A DNA stretch of 64,000 nt. Origin: Monocercomonoides exilis PA203. Taxonomy: Eukaryota > Protista > Preaxostyla. The notes beneath the pieces were generated by a model, which worked only from the letters and a program-made list of their open reading frames with translations, was not told the origin of the DNA and ran no database searches. Below are positions 48,124-59,715 of this stretch, piece after piece (position 1 is the first letter of the stretch; every line of letters begins with the position of its first letter). A program made the translations under genes and the position numbers. The DNA lies in NCBI GenBank assembly GCA_001643675.2, contig LSRY02000005.1, forward strand, positions 1,674,001 to 1,738,000. The letters run 5' to 3'.

Positions 48124-48270
48124 GCTTTGTTTTGAAAGCAAGAATAGTTTTCAAAAAATTAATATAAATTTTTCTTTTTTTCATAAAAATATTTATTATG
48201 GTTAGCCAGTAAGTTGAAATTTTTCATTCAAATTATTCATTCAAAAGAATAATGAAAAATGTCTATCTTC

Positions 48271-48752
48271 GGCATAATGCTACATTAAGGGTACCGAAAA
48301 TATCAAAAACAAGCATTATGAAAAGGCTAAATGTTTCCAATTGAACTTTCATCAACACTCTTTGGTGTTGGCAATATGTTTTATTAATCATCGAACTTTT
48401 TTAGGGTTTTCGTTCTCAAAAACAACTGACCCCTAATTGAAATTTTGAATAACTTTTTTGTTAAATTCAATAAATAACAATAAAAAGACATTTTTAGGTT
48501 AATTAATTTGAATATTTGTTCTATTTGCAATTGTTAGGGTTGAAAGAAACTCAATTAAAGAGTTTTTATGAAGTTTGAAAAAAGTCTCGAAAAACTTCAG
48601 ATTTGAATAAAAAAATCACTCAGTCATTTTTTGTTTTGATCAATTGGTTATTAAAAACCAAATGAATTTATAATATCTTAACATTGAAATTTTTTGCTAT
48701 TTATTCATGGATCAAACGAAAAAAACGGGTACCCTTAAAGAAGCATCTTGCC
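48271..48752. mobile_element. 482-bp non-autonomous DNA transposon (MITE), Merlin/IS1595-like termini
   Basis: 25-bp TIRs GGCATAATGCTACATTAAGGGTACC / GGTACCCTTAAAGAAGCATCTTGCC (21/25 match), flanked by a perfect 8-bp TSD CTATCTTC (48263-48270 and 48753-48760). Confidence 0.85.
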
Positions 48753-48777
48753 CTATCTTCAATTCAAAAAAATAAAT

Positions 48778-49495
48778 AAATAAATAAATTGTTAGAACAT
48801 GTTCCATTTGAAATATGATTTCAGAGTGATTTACGAATGGAATTTCCGTTACAAAAAAATTCAGAGATCTAATGAAGTTTTTTTCATTTCTTTTTGATAT
48901 TTTATTCTTTTTGATAACATTATTTGAATTGCCAAATTTCAAATTATAATAATTAAGTTTTTTTGACGACAACAGTTGTAAATATAATTCAATTTCGAAA
49001 TAAGAAACATTTTCACTAATGAAATGAACTAATTATTTTGTGTGATTTTTATATTCTCAAGTTATTTAAAATCAGAAACATCGTTTATTGAAATATGAAA
49101 AATGATGCATTTTCTTGAAACAAATTCTGTTGTTCTTTTTGATAATTATATTTCTGTTCATTTGCAAACCAAACAAAATAAATTTTCTGTTAAAATGGGG
49201 GAAAATACGGACTTTCAAGCTTTTTTTGCACAAAGCACGAAAAAATTGTTTTTCTCATAACATTATAAAACTCACTTGGATTTCAAAACAAATTTGATTT
49301 TCATATCTGAAAACAAGCATCGTTGACATAACTATTAATTGTTTTGGGATCTCACATGTGTTTCAATAAAGAAACCCATTTTTTTCTGGCTTTTTTGACA
49401 ACAAAAAGTTCATCAAAGATGCATTATTTTTCTATGTTTTAAAAGTGGTTGCGAAAATTTTCAACATTTGAATACAAAATCACAGCCCAATGACT
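48778..49495 (-). repeat. Dispersed AT-rich host repeat, copy B (inverted relative to copy A; no Polinton inserted)
   Basis: Reverse-complement match to 11933-12627 in two blocks. Confidence 0.9.
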
Positions 49496-50433
49496 AAATA
49501 ATTTTGAAAAATCAACGACCCGAATAATATTATGATTTCAAAAACAATAACACAAATGAAATCAAATATTTTGCTTTTTTTGTGAGATTATTCGAAACGA
49601 AATATATTTCTCTATTTTTAATCATGAGAGTGATGATTTGAGTCACAAAAATAATTGATTTTTTATTTTTCAATGGAATAAGACTAACTTGGAATTATAA
49701 TGCACAATAATTTTTAGAAAACTTTTTTTTGTTGTTTTTTCAAACGAAATACGAATTTCATATTTTGATCAAATTTCTGTTCCTCCTTCGAAACTTCACT
49801 GAAATAGAAATAAAAACTCAGTTTAGGTTTTGTTTCCATTTTATTGAAGTTAAAAAGATAATAATGGAAGGGAATCGTTCTTTTATCTTAAATGAATCAG
49901 ATTTTGGACTTTCTTTGAATTATGTTTGCGAATATTTTATGTTCCGTTTTTCTGAATATAATTAACCCTAATCAAATAAATAATAATCTTTCAAATAATG
50001 TTATAATTTTTATCGAAAAATTCAAATGCACCCAAAAGATACTCCGAAAGATTTGATTTTCTAATATCTGTGTGTCAATTGTTGCCTTGCAATATTTCTT
50101 TTTTTGAGTACCGTTGACACAGAAGAAACAAAAATCAACATCAAGAATCTCTCAGAATCAACTGTTTTGCTTTGAATCTGTTTGAAATAAGACAAAAACA
50201 AACGAACGAAATACCAACAATTACAAAAAATAAATAATTTAACAAATACATTTGAACATTTTACGCAATTTCTCTCTGTCTTTTCTTTCTTTCACATATT
50301 CGCCATTTTCCATCAATGTTTTAACTTTTCCAAACAAAAAAATTTCCCTTTCTCTGTCAGACTCCACCGTTCAATTCTTCTTTGAGATTTATGGATTATT
50401 GCATGCACAACAGTTTTTGCAACAGCAAGCCTA

Positions 50434-53400
50434 TTAAGCTGTCATCTCCTTCAACAAACGCTCCGCCTCCTCACGAGCACGTGAGTTTATCTCGACTGTG
50501 CTCCTTTTCTCCTCGTTTTCCGACTCCTCGAGGCTTATGGCGTCTGATGCAGTGAACATCACAGCTCCTGCAGGCATGTGCCCCAGCAGCTCTCTCTTCA
50601 CCCCCTCCAGCGATGGCCGCTTCTGCCAGTCGTACCACAGCAGCGATTCCACAAACTCTTCATAGTCTGAGTCTCTCACCAGCTTCAGATTCGGCCTCTC
50701 CCCACTCGCTATCTTCTTCCCTGCCACTTCCCCTTCATACTCCCCAAACGGGATCTCCAGCGTCAGACACTCCCACAGCATCATACCGATAGAGAACACA
50801 ACCGACTCCTTTGTTGCTTCCTTGTTCTTGTTCATCAGCAGCTCCGGCGCCTTCCACCGCATGCACTCATATCGATTGTCCTCGTCATCCTCAAAAGCCG
50901 ATGAAGGCAGAGAATCTTCATCATCACTTGCAGATGTCACAATTGTCAATGAAGAGATCGACGATGAATCTGAACTATCATCAGAAGAACAGTCTGAGTG
51001 CATCGCAATGCAGATCACCATATGCTCTGAGAACAGCACGATGTGAGGACTGAGGTTGGCAAGTGAAGAAAGAGGATTTTCCATTTCATCAAATGAATGA
51101 AGAGCTCCGTTTGCCACCCAGAACAAGATTTGGGCAGCTGTCACTTCTCTCTCCTGGAGAGTGCCTATTGCCATCTCTTTCTTCTCATTCCTTCCATGCA
51201 GGAGCATGAACAATGAATCCCTCAAATCCACGATCAACTTCTCATGTGGAGACGAGCAGGCCATTGCATCCACAAGATTTGACATTGAAGAGGTGGTTGG
51301 GCAAAGATCCTCTCCTCGAACAAATGTTGAATCTGTGTCTGTTGTGGATGTGGAAGAAATGGATGGTGAGGGAGTTCTCTTTCTTGTCTCTTCTTCTTCC
51401 TTCTCATCAACCTTCTCCAGCATCCATTGAGGTATTTTGTCTGAGTCTTTCCCCAAGATATATTCAGTCGATCCATTCTCAGCCAGCAAATACTCTTCAG
51501 ATTCTGAATGCACCATCTCCTTTCCATTTATTCTTTTCTTTATCCTTTCTTCGTTTTTCTTCTCTGCTTCCTTCTCCGCTCTCCTCCACTGCTCTTCAGG
51601 TGACATCTCCATTGTCACCATCTCAATCAGTTTCGGATCCTTTTTCACAGAGTCATTCACAATCTCTCTCAGATCTTTATTCTCATTCTTTGCTCTTCTC
51701 CATCGAATTGTAACAACAATGGAGATTATCATCGCAATCAAGAACAACACAGCCAACATAACAACAATTAGAGGCCATATCGATTTTCCTTCTTTTCCTC
51801 CTTCAACAATTCTTTCATCTCCTTTTGGCTCAATCTCACTTCTGTTCTTCAGAATGAATGAATTTGTTGATGAAGGCGATTCTGCATCCCCAAACACAAT
51901 GTACACACTCACTTCTATTTCATTTTCACAATTGCTGATGAGATCTTTTCCCACACTTCCCTCAACTTCTCTTTCTGATAAAAACCCATTTGAATCAAAA
52001 TCATGTTTTTCAATCTCTTTCTCTTCTCCTTTCCTCTTCACAACTGAGAATGACAGATTGCATGGAATAAGAAGCATTCCTTTGAATATCAGCTTCATTC
52101 TATTTGCCTCTTCTTTTGCTTCCACGCTTTCCAACATAGGAATGAAGAATGATGAATCCCTTTCTGTAACAATTCCTTCAAAACTGCACCCTTCATTCAA
52201 CATCCAAAGTGATGTGTTATCCTTCCATCCATCTCCTCCCTTCAAACTCATCACATTCAATGTTCCTGAATCTGAACAGATGATATTTCTTCTCGGTGAT
52301 GGATACCCTTCAATAGTTGGATTATTGTTTTCAAATAACCCCATTTCTATTTTCACACTTCCTCCACTCATTGTAATTCCACCTTCTGGAGAATTTGATA
52401 ATGTTGTATCTTTCATCAAAACAGAACTCTTCACAACATCCACAAGAGATCCATCCCATCTGCACATCTCTTCTTCCTCATTTGAATTCTTTTCATTTCT
52501 TTCATTTGAACTTCCATCAAAAATGCAACTGTCCATTTTCACATCCAAACTATTCTCCAATTTCATCAATTTCCCTTTTGTTGCCTGTGAACAGACTCCA
52601 CCAATTGTGCAATTTGTCAATTGCATCGTCTTTTTCATTGAAAAGCAAGATATCAATGATTCTTCATTTTCTTCTGTATTCATATTTTCAACAAATAATC
52701 TATCCATATTCAATTGCCCGCATTCATTAATCTCAATCAGAGATGTATTAATTGTTGAATTGCAAATCGTTAATGAATCAATCACTGATGGAAGCGGTGA
52801 TGAAAGATACAAAACTGATTCACGAAGTATTAGATTTGTCACTTTGCATTCCATAAGTTGTGATTCTCCTTTATCCATATTGATAATGTGAAATGGAATG
52901 TTTGCAAATACTGCATTTCTTTCTTCTGCTGATTGTTTTGTAGTGAATGAACAATTCATTGTCTCAAGAATTCCTCCTTCTGGTGATATCAGTGATTCAT
53001 GTGAAGAAATGAAATTTGAATCAAACACAAAACTCATTCTCATCAATGAAACTGTTCCATTTGTCGTCACCAAAGCATCTCTTGTTTTTCCAATATTTGA
53101 TTTCACTTCAACTTTGCACATCTCTCTGCTCTTCGAACTTAGGCTCATCTCCTCCAAATTTATCTCTTCCTCAATCACACTCTCTTTCACAATTAACATT
53201 TGACTAATCAGCTCGAAAGTCAGATGCATCAACCCATAATCAATTGAACCACATGGAAGTGTGTTTGTTCCACATTGTTTGTTATTCGATCCAACCACAC
53301 TGCTTACAACAATTGTGTCACTCTGATGGATAGTCACAAATTCAATCAGATCTGTATCTTCTTTGTGTTCACAACAATCAATTCCATATATCGCATTCAT

Positions 53401-56400
53401 CCGCGAATAATGTCCCTCTCGAAGATCAAACTGAAATTGCCTTTCATTGATCTGAGATGTGATGTTGAAGCATTCAATGAAAATATCATTTCCAACTTTT
53501 GCTGTGTTCGCACTGAATTTCATTCCCACAAATGTGAAATTAAGAAACCCTGTTTCCTTTGTTGCCAGATACACCCCTCCTCCTTTCCCATTGGTGCAGC
53601 TGCATTGACTGATGATCGTTTCTATCATCTTCATTGATCCAGATACACTCAATGTGAAGAATATTGCCCCTCCTTTTTCACTTGATTCTGCTTTGTCTTC
53701 TGTGATGTTGCTCTCATTCACAATCAAACAAATCTTTTTCTCGTTGTTTGACTCCAAAATGCTTGCTCCATTGTCACTTCTCTTCACTCCTGAAAATGAT
53801 GATTTGTCAATTTGAAGGTTTATCCCTCCTTCACCTCCTTCATTTATCTTCAACCCTGCTTCAGATTTCTTGATTGATAAAATGCATCCTCCACTTTCAT
53901 TCAACGATTCCACGCTGACATTCATCAAATTGCAAGTAATTCCAGCATCATGAATAACAAATATGCTGTTTCCAACATTGCATGATTCCATCGACAAATC
54001 ATTCACTTCCACGCTTCCTCCAATCGCATCCACAAATAAACAATCAAATCCATTGTTCATCCCTGCTTCTGAATGGAATGAACATCCAGTTATCACCAAT
54101 TCTCCATTTTTGTTTGAAATAATCGTTTTGGCTGAGTTGTCAAATCCCGATACAAGTTGAAGTTTGATGTTGGACAATTCAAGATGAATTTCATTCACCA
54201 TGAAATATTCCAATTGACTTCCAATTGCCTTTTCAAAATTCAAAGTTGCTTTTGTATCTTCTTCTCCCATCTTTACACTCTTTTTGATCTGATAATTTGA
54301 AACATTGAAAGAATCTCGAATGAAAGTTGATACTTCAATTTGAATTGTTTTATTTCCAATCTCCTTTTTCATGTTTTCCATCCCTTTCCACATCGTTTGA
54401 CATGGCTCTTCCTCACTTCCACATCGTGCAACATCAAATCCACTCGATGAGATAAATATCTCAGTTGAGCTGTATTGAATCAGAAACAAGAACAAATCCT
54501 TTTCTTGATGAAAATTATCACTTCCAACAAACAGAGTCATATCATCCTTCATTGAAGAATAATCGAACTTGAATGAATCATTTGTTACAGAAGAATTAAA
54601 ATCTTTTCCCAAAATAAACACATTCTTTCCAATGGCTGCATTGTTGTTCTCAAAAGTAATTCCTACATCAAAAGCAAATGGCTTCTCATTCAAACAATTC
54701 TGACAATCCAAAAACAAAAACCCACCTTTTCCATTGTTCTTTAAAAGCGAACAAGATGATGCATTTGTTGATTTCATCACCAATTCTTCATTCCCTTGCA
54801 ATATCACTTTTGCAACACCTCCTTCTTCGCTGCCCTTATTTTCAATATTCGAAAAATTGCTGTTTTCAAACAAAACGGAAGAAGATATCATCAATGGAGA
54901 TTCACCAAATGAGGAATCATCCAAACTGCATCCTTCCATTGTGCAATTCAACAGTTTCACTCTGAATTCGTCTTCATTCACAGTTTCTGATGAAGGAGAA
55001 ATTGAAAACAGTGCGACTGATGATTTCACATCTGAAATCGTGACAAACTCCAGCTCAACCATCTTTCCTGTTGATCTGATCAAGGAAAATCCAATTGTGC
55101 TTCCCTTCCCTCCAACCACACTGATCGCACAGTTCTTCATGTGCAACTCTCCATTTTGAGTGGTTGATTCAATCACCGATGTGATTGTTCTGATAAAACT
55201 TGATGGAACAATAATCCCGATGAACTGAATTTCTGTCGCCAATGTTGATTTCAGAATACAGTCTTCAGAGCCACTAACTTCCCTTTTGCATTCAACACCC
55301 ACAATTGTCTCGGATTTTGCTTTCATATCCATTCCTCCAACATCCAAGCATCCTGTTAAAGACGATTTTGAACACACAATAATCTCCTGTTTAATATTCT
55401 GCGTTCTCTTCAAATGCCCCATCCCATAATTCACATTCAAACATGGAGCCTTTTCCAACCCACAATACACTTCCTCCACTCCAGATGTTCCATCCACATA
55501 TATCGTGTCAGAAGAATACCCATCCAGGAACACAAACAGGTTCACATCCCAATCGCTAAACATTTGAGTTCTGTCATGCCCAACAACCGAGTTGTCTTTT
55601 TCAGTGATGCTTCTCATGAAGGCGAACAAGGGCTCTTTCACAGAAGCGACAAGGGATTCGCACACAAAATACACATCTTTTCCGACTCTCGCCTTGTTCT
55701 CTGAAAACACAACATTCATCATGGAAAAGGAGGTGGATGACACTTGTAAGCCTTCATTGAACTCGATCATGAGTGCACCGCCTTTTCCTCCAGAACTTGT
55801 CTCCTCACTCACGCAGCAGCTGGAGAAGGTGGAATCACTCACTGAAAATGTGTTGGCAGGGGCAGATGAGGCGAATGAGATGCACCCTCCATTGGTGGCA
55901 GTCTGTTGGTTTTGTGGAGCTGAGTTGATACTGGTGATGGTGCAGTTGGTGAGGGAGAGGGAGAGGGCAGGGGAGGTGGCAGAGGAGAGGACACAGCTGG
56001 TGGGAGTGGCGGTGGAGGTGATGTGGGTGATGTTGGAGGAGTTGAGGGTGAGGGGGTTTGTGAGGGAGGTGAGGTGGAAGATGCTCTGGCTGTTGAGGGA
56101 GAGTTGTGTGATTGCTGTGTGGTTGAGGGCGAGGGAGCCAGTAGTGAGGAAGAAGAGGGGAGTTTTTATTGTTATGGAGGTTGTTCCGGTGATGGTGGTT
56201 GTGTTGAGATTGAGGGAAGGGGAGTTACCGGAGAGGTGGAAGAGGATGGGAGTGATGGTATTTGTGGAGTTGTGGGCGATGGCGAGGGCAGAGACTGTGA
56301 GGGAGCCCTGGGTCTGTTGGAAGAGGGCAGAAGTGGCAGATGGATCTGGTGAAGAAGATATTGATGTTGATGATGAAGATAATGAAAATGAAAATGATGA

Positions 56401-58449
56401 TGTTGATTGTGATGATTGCGAATGTGAGTTTGGTGGTTGAGGAATGCCGCTTGAGGCGATGGTGGTGGTGGTTATACCATTTCCGATGATTTTTGTATTT
56501 GGAGCACGGAATGTGAGAGTCTTTGCGGGAGTGAAAGCGGAGACGAGAAGAGAGAGGGAGGCAACACTGAAGGGAGCAATGCATCCGAGGGCATACTCCA
56601 CTGTGGCACATGGGCTTTGCTGTGTTTTGCCACAGGCATCGACATCACTTCCACCATTTGCAACGATTTTGTTCTGGTTGATGATTGGAAGCCAGCCATT
56701 ATATACATCGCTGTCAGCTGTATTGCTGTTCCACACTCTTTGTGTTGGAGTTGTTGAACCGCATTGCTGGAATGGAGATTTGGTGATGCTGCTTCCGTAA
56801 AAGAACACATCATTGCCCCTTCCATTTGTTGCGGTGTTGCCATCGAAGAAACAAAATGTGATGAATTTTATTCCATTCATCCAAGAATAAGTTGAATTGA
56901 AGAAAATTGCAGCACCTCCCCATGAAGTTGAGGTTGATGTCAATTTGTTGTAGATGAACTGACATTCATTTACCAAAAATTTCTCTGGTTTGTTTCCTGG
57001 GGGATTATTGAATGTCAAAGAACCAGCAGAACTACCACCAGAATTTGAAATGCACTTGCATTTGTTGAACAAGAACTGACCGTTTGATGAAAAATTGCCG
57101 ATATAAAAATACCAACCAGTTCCGCACCAATTTGTTATTGAGCAATTTTCAACTGTGTTTTCTGAATGGTAATAAGCAGAATTTTGCTGTGGATTTGTTG
57201 TATGGACTGCTCCTCCAAATGACGCAGAGCAATTTGTGAAATTGGATTTTGTGATATCAAGTTTTAACAAACAATCGCAATATAATGCTCCACCATGATT
57301 TGTATTTGAACAATTATCGAATGAGCAAGAAGTGATTGTGAGATTTGCATTAGTGCAATTAACTTTTAGTGCTCCACCACAATCGCTTCCACCATTTGAA
57401 TCGTTCCATTCGCACCATTCGAAGCGATGACTGTTCACATCGAATGAAGTCAGTCTTCCAGGCGTTTTTCTTTGAGATTCTGTTCCAACATGCACCTCAG
57501 CAGCATTTGGTGAAGAGCGTGTTTGACTGAGAAAAGAAGCGTTGAAGGCAGAGAGAGAAGCGGATGGACCGTTGAGGGAAGGGAGAATGGTTCCATCGAT
57601 GGGGTTGTGGGTGTGTTGGAAGATGGTCGAGTGAATAAAGAGAGAGGAATGAAGAGAGAAGGAAGGGGTTGTGTTTGTGGTGTTTGTGTTTGTGGTGGTG
57701 GTGGTGAATGAGTTGTGTGTGTGTGTGGGTTTGGCAGGAATGGTGTGTGTGGATTGTGGTGCAGTGGTGATGTTTGTGAAGAGTGTGTCCGAGAGATGGA
57801 GATCGAGGTGGATTTGGAGATGGCGATGGAGAAGGGAAGAAGAAGAGGATGATAAAGGAGAAAAAAGGAAGGGATTGTGGAGGGAGATGAACGAGGAGAA
57901 AGAGGAATCGGAGATGGAGAAGGAGGCGGGGATTGGAGAGTGTGCATCTGGGAGGAGATTGTTTGGGATGGAGAAGAGGGGGAAGGAGAGGATGGCTGGT
58001 TGAGGGATGAAGAGGGAGAAGTTGGTGAGAGAAAGGGAGCTGTGGGAAGAGAGGAAAAGTGTGTGGCTGGCATCTGCGTGGATTTGGCAAGTGGAGGAGA
58101 AAATGGTGCATGACGAGTGATGTTGTGCAGCGAGGAATGCACAGCCACCAACAGGTTCCATGACGAGATCGCTCACACACAACGAGGCGTTGACGATATT
58201 CACATTTGTTCGAGCACAACTGACACGATCACCTGGTGAGAATATGACTTTTGCTGCACCTATGCCTTTTTTATTGTAGTATTTGTTGCTGCTGTTCTTA
58301 ATGCTGATCGTGCTTTCTGGCATCTTCCAATTCATTTCTTGTTGATTTTGTTTTTCAGCAATGCCTCTTTCATTGCAGCAATTGACAACAACCAACATCA
58401 GAGCAACAATATTTATTACAACTTTTGCGCTGGTGGAGAACCTCGCCAT
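50434..58449 (-). CDS. Large type-I membrane protein (~2,671 aa): beta-helix (Pmp/pectin-lyase-like) ectodomain, TM helix, degenerate tyrosine-kinase-like C-lobe
   Basis: Signal peptide after ATG 58449; repeated GGA[IL]/F..N.A..G.D and CG....PC motifs; TM IWPLIVVMLAVLFLIAMIISIVVTI-RWRR; MRWKAPE, VFSIGMMLWECLTLEIPF, GERP. No Gly loop, HRD or DFG recognisable. Confidence 0.88.
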   Translation of the reverse strand: MARFSTSAKVVINIVALMLVVVNCCNERGIAEKQNQQEMNWKMPESTISIKNSSNKYYNKKGIGAAKVIFSPGDRVSCARTNVNIVNASLCVSDLVMEPVGGCAFLAAQHHSSCTIFSSTCQIHADASHTLFLSSHSSLSLTNFSLFIPQPAILSFPLFSIPNNLLPDAHSPIPASFSISDSSFSSFISLHNPFLFSPLSSSSSSLLHRHLQIHLDLHLSDTLFTNITTAPQSTHTIPAKPTHTHNSFTTTTTNTNTTNTTPSFSLHSSLFIHSTIFQHTHNPIDGTILPSLNGPSASLSAFNASFLSQTRSSPNAAEVHVGTESQRKTPGRLTSFDVNSHRFEWCEWNDSNGGSDCGGALKVNCTNANLTITSCSFDNCSNTNHGGALYCDCLLKLDITKSNFTNCSASFGGAVHTTNPQQNSAYYHSENTVENCSITNWCGTGWYFYIGNFSSNGQFLFNKCKCISNSGGSSAGSLTFNNPPGNKPEKFLVNECQFIYNKLTSTSTSWGGAAIFFNSTYSWMNGIKFITFCFFDGNTATNGRGNDVFFYGSSITKSPFQQCGSTTPTQRVWNSNTADSDVYNGWLPIINQNKIVANGGSDVDACGKTQQSPCATVEYALGCIAPFSVASLSLLVSAFTPAKTLTFRAPNTKIIGNGITTTTIASSGIPQPPNSHSQSSQSTSSFSFSLSSSSTSISSSPDPSATSALFQQTQGSLTVSALAIAHNSTNTITPILFHLSGNSPSLNLNTTTITGTTSITIKTPLFFLTTGSLALNHTAITQLSLNSQSIFHLTSLTNPLTLNSSNITHITSTATPTSCVLSSATSPALSLSLTNCTITSINSAPQNQQTATNGGCISFASSAPANTFSVSDSTFSSCCVSEETSSGGKGGALMIEFNEGLQVSSTSFSMMNVVFSENKARVGKDVYFVCESLVASVKEPLFAFMRSITEKDNSVVGHDRTQMFSDWDVNLFVFLDGYSSDTIYVDGTSGVEEVYCGLEKAPCLNVNYGMGHLKRTQNIKQEIIVCSKSSLTGCLDVGGMDMKAKSETIVGVECKREVSGSEDCILKSTLATEIQFIGIIVPSSFIRTITSVIESTTQNGELHMKNCAISVVGGKGSTIGFSLIRSTGKMVELEFVTISDVKSSVALFSISPSSETVNEDEFRVKLLNCTMEGCSLDDSSFGESPLMISSSVLFENSNFSNIENKGSEEGGVAKVILQGNEELVMKSTNASSCSLLKNNGKGGFLFLDCQNCLNEKPFAFDVGITFENNNAAIGKNVFILGKDFNSSVTNDSFKFDYSSMKDDMTLFVGSDNFHQEKDLFLFLIQYSSTEIFISSSGFDVARCGSEEEPCQTMWKGMENMKKEIGNKTIQIEVSTFIRDSFNVSNYQIKKSVKMGEEDTKATLNFEKAIGSQLEYFMVNEIHLELSNIKLQLVSGFDNSAKTIISNKNGELVITGCSFHSEAGMNNGFDCLFVDAIGGSVEVNDLSMESCNVGNSIFVIHDAGITCNLMNVSVESLNESGGCILSIKKSEAGLKINEGGEGGINLQIDKSSFSGVKRSDNGASILESNNEKKICLIVNESNITEDKAESSEKGGAIFFTLSVSGSMKMIETIISQCSCTNGKGGGVYLATKETGFLNFTFVGMKFSANTAKVGNDIFIECFNITSQINERQFQFDLREGHYSRMNAIYGIDCCEHKEDTDLIEFVTIHQSDTIVVSSVVGSNNKQCGTNTLPCGSIDYGLMHLTFELISQMLIVKESVIEEEINLEEMSLSSKSREMCKVEVKSNIGKTRDALVTTNGTVSLMRMSFVFDSNFISSHESLISPEGGILETMNCSFTTKQSAEERNAVFANIPFHIINMDKGESQLMECKVTNLILRESVLYLSSPLPSVIDSLTICNSTINTSLIEINECGQLNMDRLFVENMNTEENEESLISCFSMKKTMQLTNCTIGGVCSQATKGKLMKLENSLDVKMDSCIFDGSSNERNEKNSNEEEEMCRWDGSLVDVVKSSVLMKDTTLSNSPEGGITMSGGSVKIEMGLFENNNPTIEGYPSPRRNIICSDSGTLNVMSLKGGDGWKDNTSLWMLNEGCSFEGIVTERDSSFFIPMLESVEAKEEANRMKLIFKGMLLIPCNLSFSVVKRKGEEKEIEKHDFDSNGFLSEREVEGSVGKDLISNCENEIEVSVYIVFGDAESPSSTNSFILKNRSEIEPKGDERIVEGGKEGKSIWPLIVVMLAVLFLIAMIISIVVTIRWRRAKNENKDLREIVNDSVKKDPKLIEMVTMEMSPEEQWRRAEKEAEKKNEERIKKRINGKEMVHSESEEYLLAENGSTEYILGKDSDKIPQWMLEKVDEKEEEETRKRTPSPSISSTSTTDTDSTFVRGEDLCPTTSSMSNLVDAMACSSPHEKLIVDLRDSLFMLLHGRNEKKEMAIGTLQEREVTAAQILFWVANGALHSFDEMENPLSSLANLSPHIVLFSEHMVICIAMHSDCSSDDSSDSSSISSLTIVTSASDDEDSLPSSAFEDDEDNRYECMRWKAPELLMNKNKEATKESVVFSIGMMLWECLTLEIPFGEYEGEVAGKKIASGERPNLKLVRDSDYEEFVESLLWYDWQKRPSLEGVKRELLGHMPAGAVMFTASDAISLEESENEEKRSTVEINSRAREEAERLLKEMTA

Positions 58450-59029
58450 GGAAGAAGATGAAAGAAAAAACTGAAAATAAAAATTCCTGCGCCCAATATA
58501 TTTGTATTTTCCATTTATATATATATATTTTTTTTGATACATCTGAAAATGAATCTGATATATTCTCAAATATATCTTTGAAAAATTTTGATTATTGAAT
58601 AATTATTATTTTTAAAATTAATCACTTTTGAAGAGAGAAATTTGTGAATAATTGACAAAAAATGACAAATAATAATTTATTGTATTATGTTTTATTCGAG
58701 GAATAAAAAATGTTTACAGATTTGTTTTGTTTTCATTGTGTAAGTTGGGTTGAAATCAAATTGCAACAATATTTGTCTTTTGTCTTGAAAGTTCATTTTC
58801 GAAAATCATTAACAACAATCCTCCTGAAAAACAATTGAATGGCATTATTATCTTTTTTTTTTTTTTTTCATTTTTTCTACACATCAATCAATCATAATAC
58901 ATAACCGTTTTTGAAACCTGTGATTTGATAAACTCTGTTGATTTCTCAAACAGATGAAGACAGCATAAAAATGATGATAAGGAATTTTCGAAATGAAAAA
59001 TGAAAAGAAATCTGTTGTTCTCATCAGCA

Positions 59030-59500
59030 GAGGATATAATATGGAACATTGTCAGCTTTATTGAAAGACTTCAATGAAAGGTCTTCATCAATGAAGTTGT
59101 TTGATGGATTAAGCAACTTCCAATAGCAATCGATCCATCAAATTCAACAGCTGTGACTGTGAAAGATGATGTTTGAGTGACAGAAGAAATGGATGCCAAC
59201 AAGGCACTTGTTCATTTCGGCTCAGATGGTGAGAAGCAAAAGAATTTGCATTTTCTGAACACAGATAAAAAAAGATAAAATTGATGAGAAATCCAACATT
59301 CAAAAGTTGCATTGTTTTCATGGAATGAAAACGATTACAAAAGAAGGATTTCAGTGCTGCTCAACTTCTATAATTTCTTTCCATATAATGCAATAATGAA
59401 TGGATCATATTGTTTGTGACTTTCTTCATTCACTTTGCATTGAAACTGTTTCTTCATGTGTGTATCTTAGTTGGTCTGCCTCCATTCCTCCAGATGCAAA
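59030..59500 (+). pseudogene. Possible degraded fragment of a surface-protein gene
   Basis: Coding-like composition with stops (KQLPIAIDPSNSTAVTVKDDV*VTEEMDANKALVHFGS..), vaguely like the neighbouring ectodomain family. Confidence 0.25.
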
Positions 59501-59715
59501 AAGCAGTGAAGTTATCTTTTATCTTGATAGAACGCAGTGAGACAGGTTTTGCTCCGAAATAATGAGTTTGATCTTAAATTATGGGTGGTTTGAGTGAAAA
59601 ACTTCACCCTCCCCTATGACGTGGAAAAAGGGCGAGATGAAAAAACAAAACAATAACATTAAGAATTAATAATAATAATAAAATAATGCATTGTCCGCTT
59701 CACTTCACCACCGAC

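Noticed and set aside
48285-48738. TTAA-flanked piggyBac/Kolobok element (TTAA|GGGTACC..GGTACCC|TTAA)
   Set aside because: Inverted similarity extends 14 bp beyond the TTAA and is bounded by a perfect 8-bp direct repeat, so TTAA is internal to the TIR.
51437-56440. 484-aa and 282-aa plus-strand ORFs
   Set aside because: Antisense to the receptor gene, with no independent coding features.
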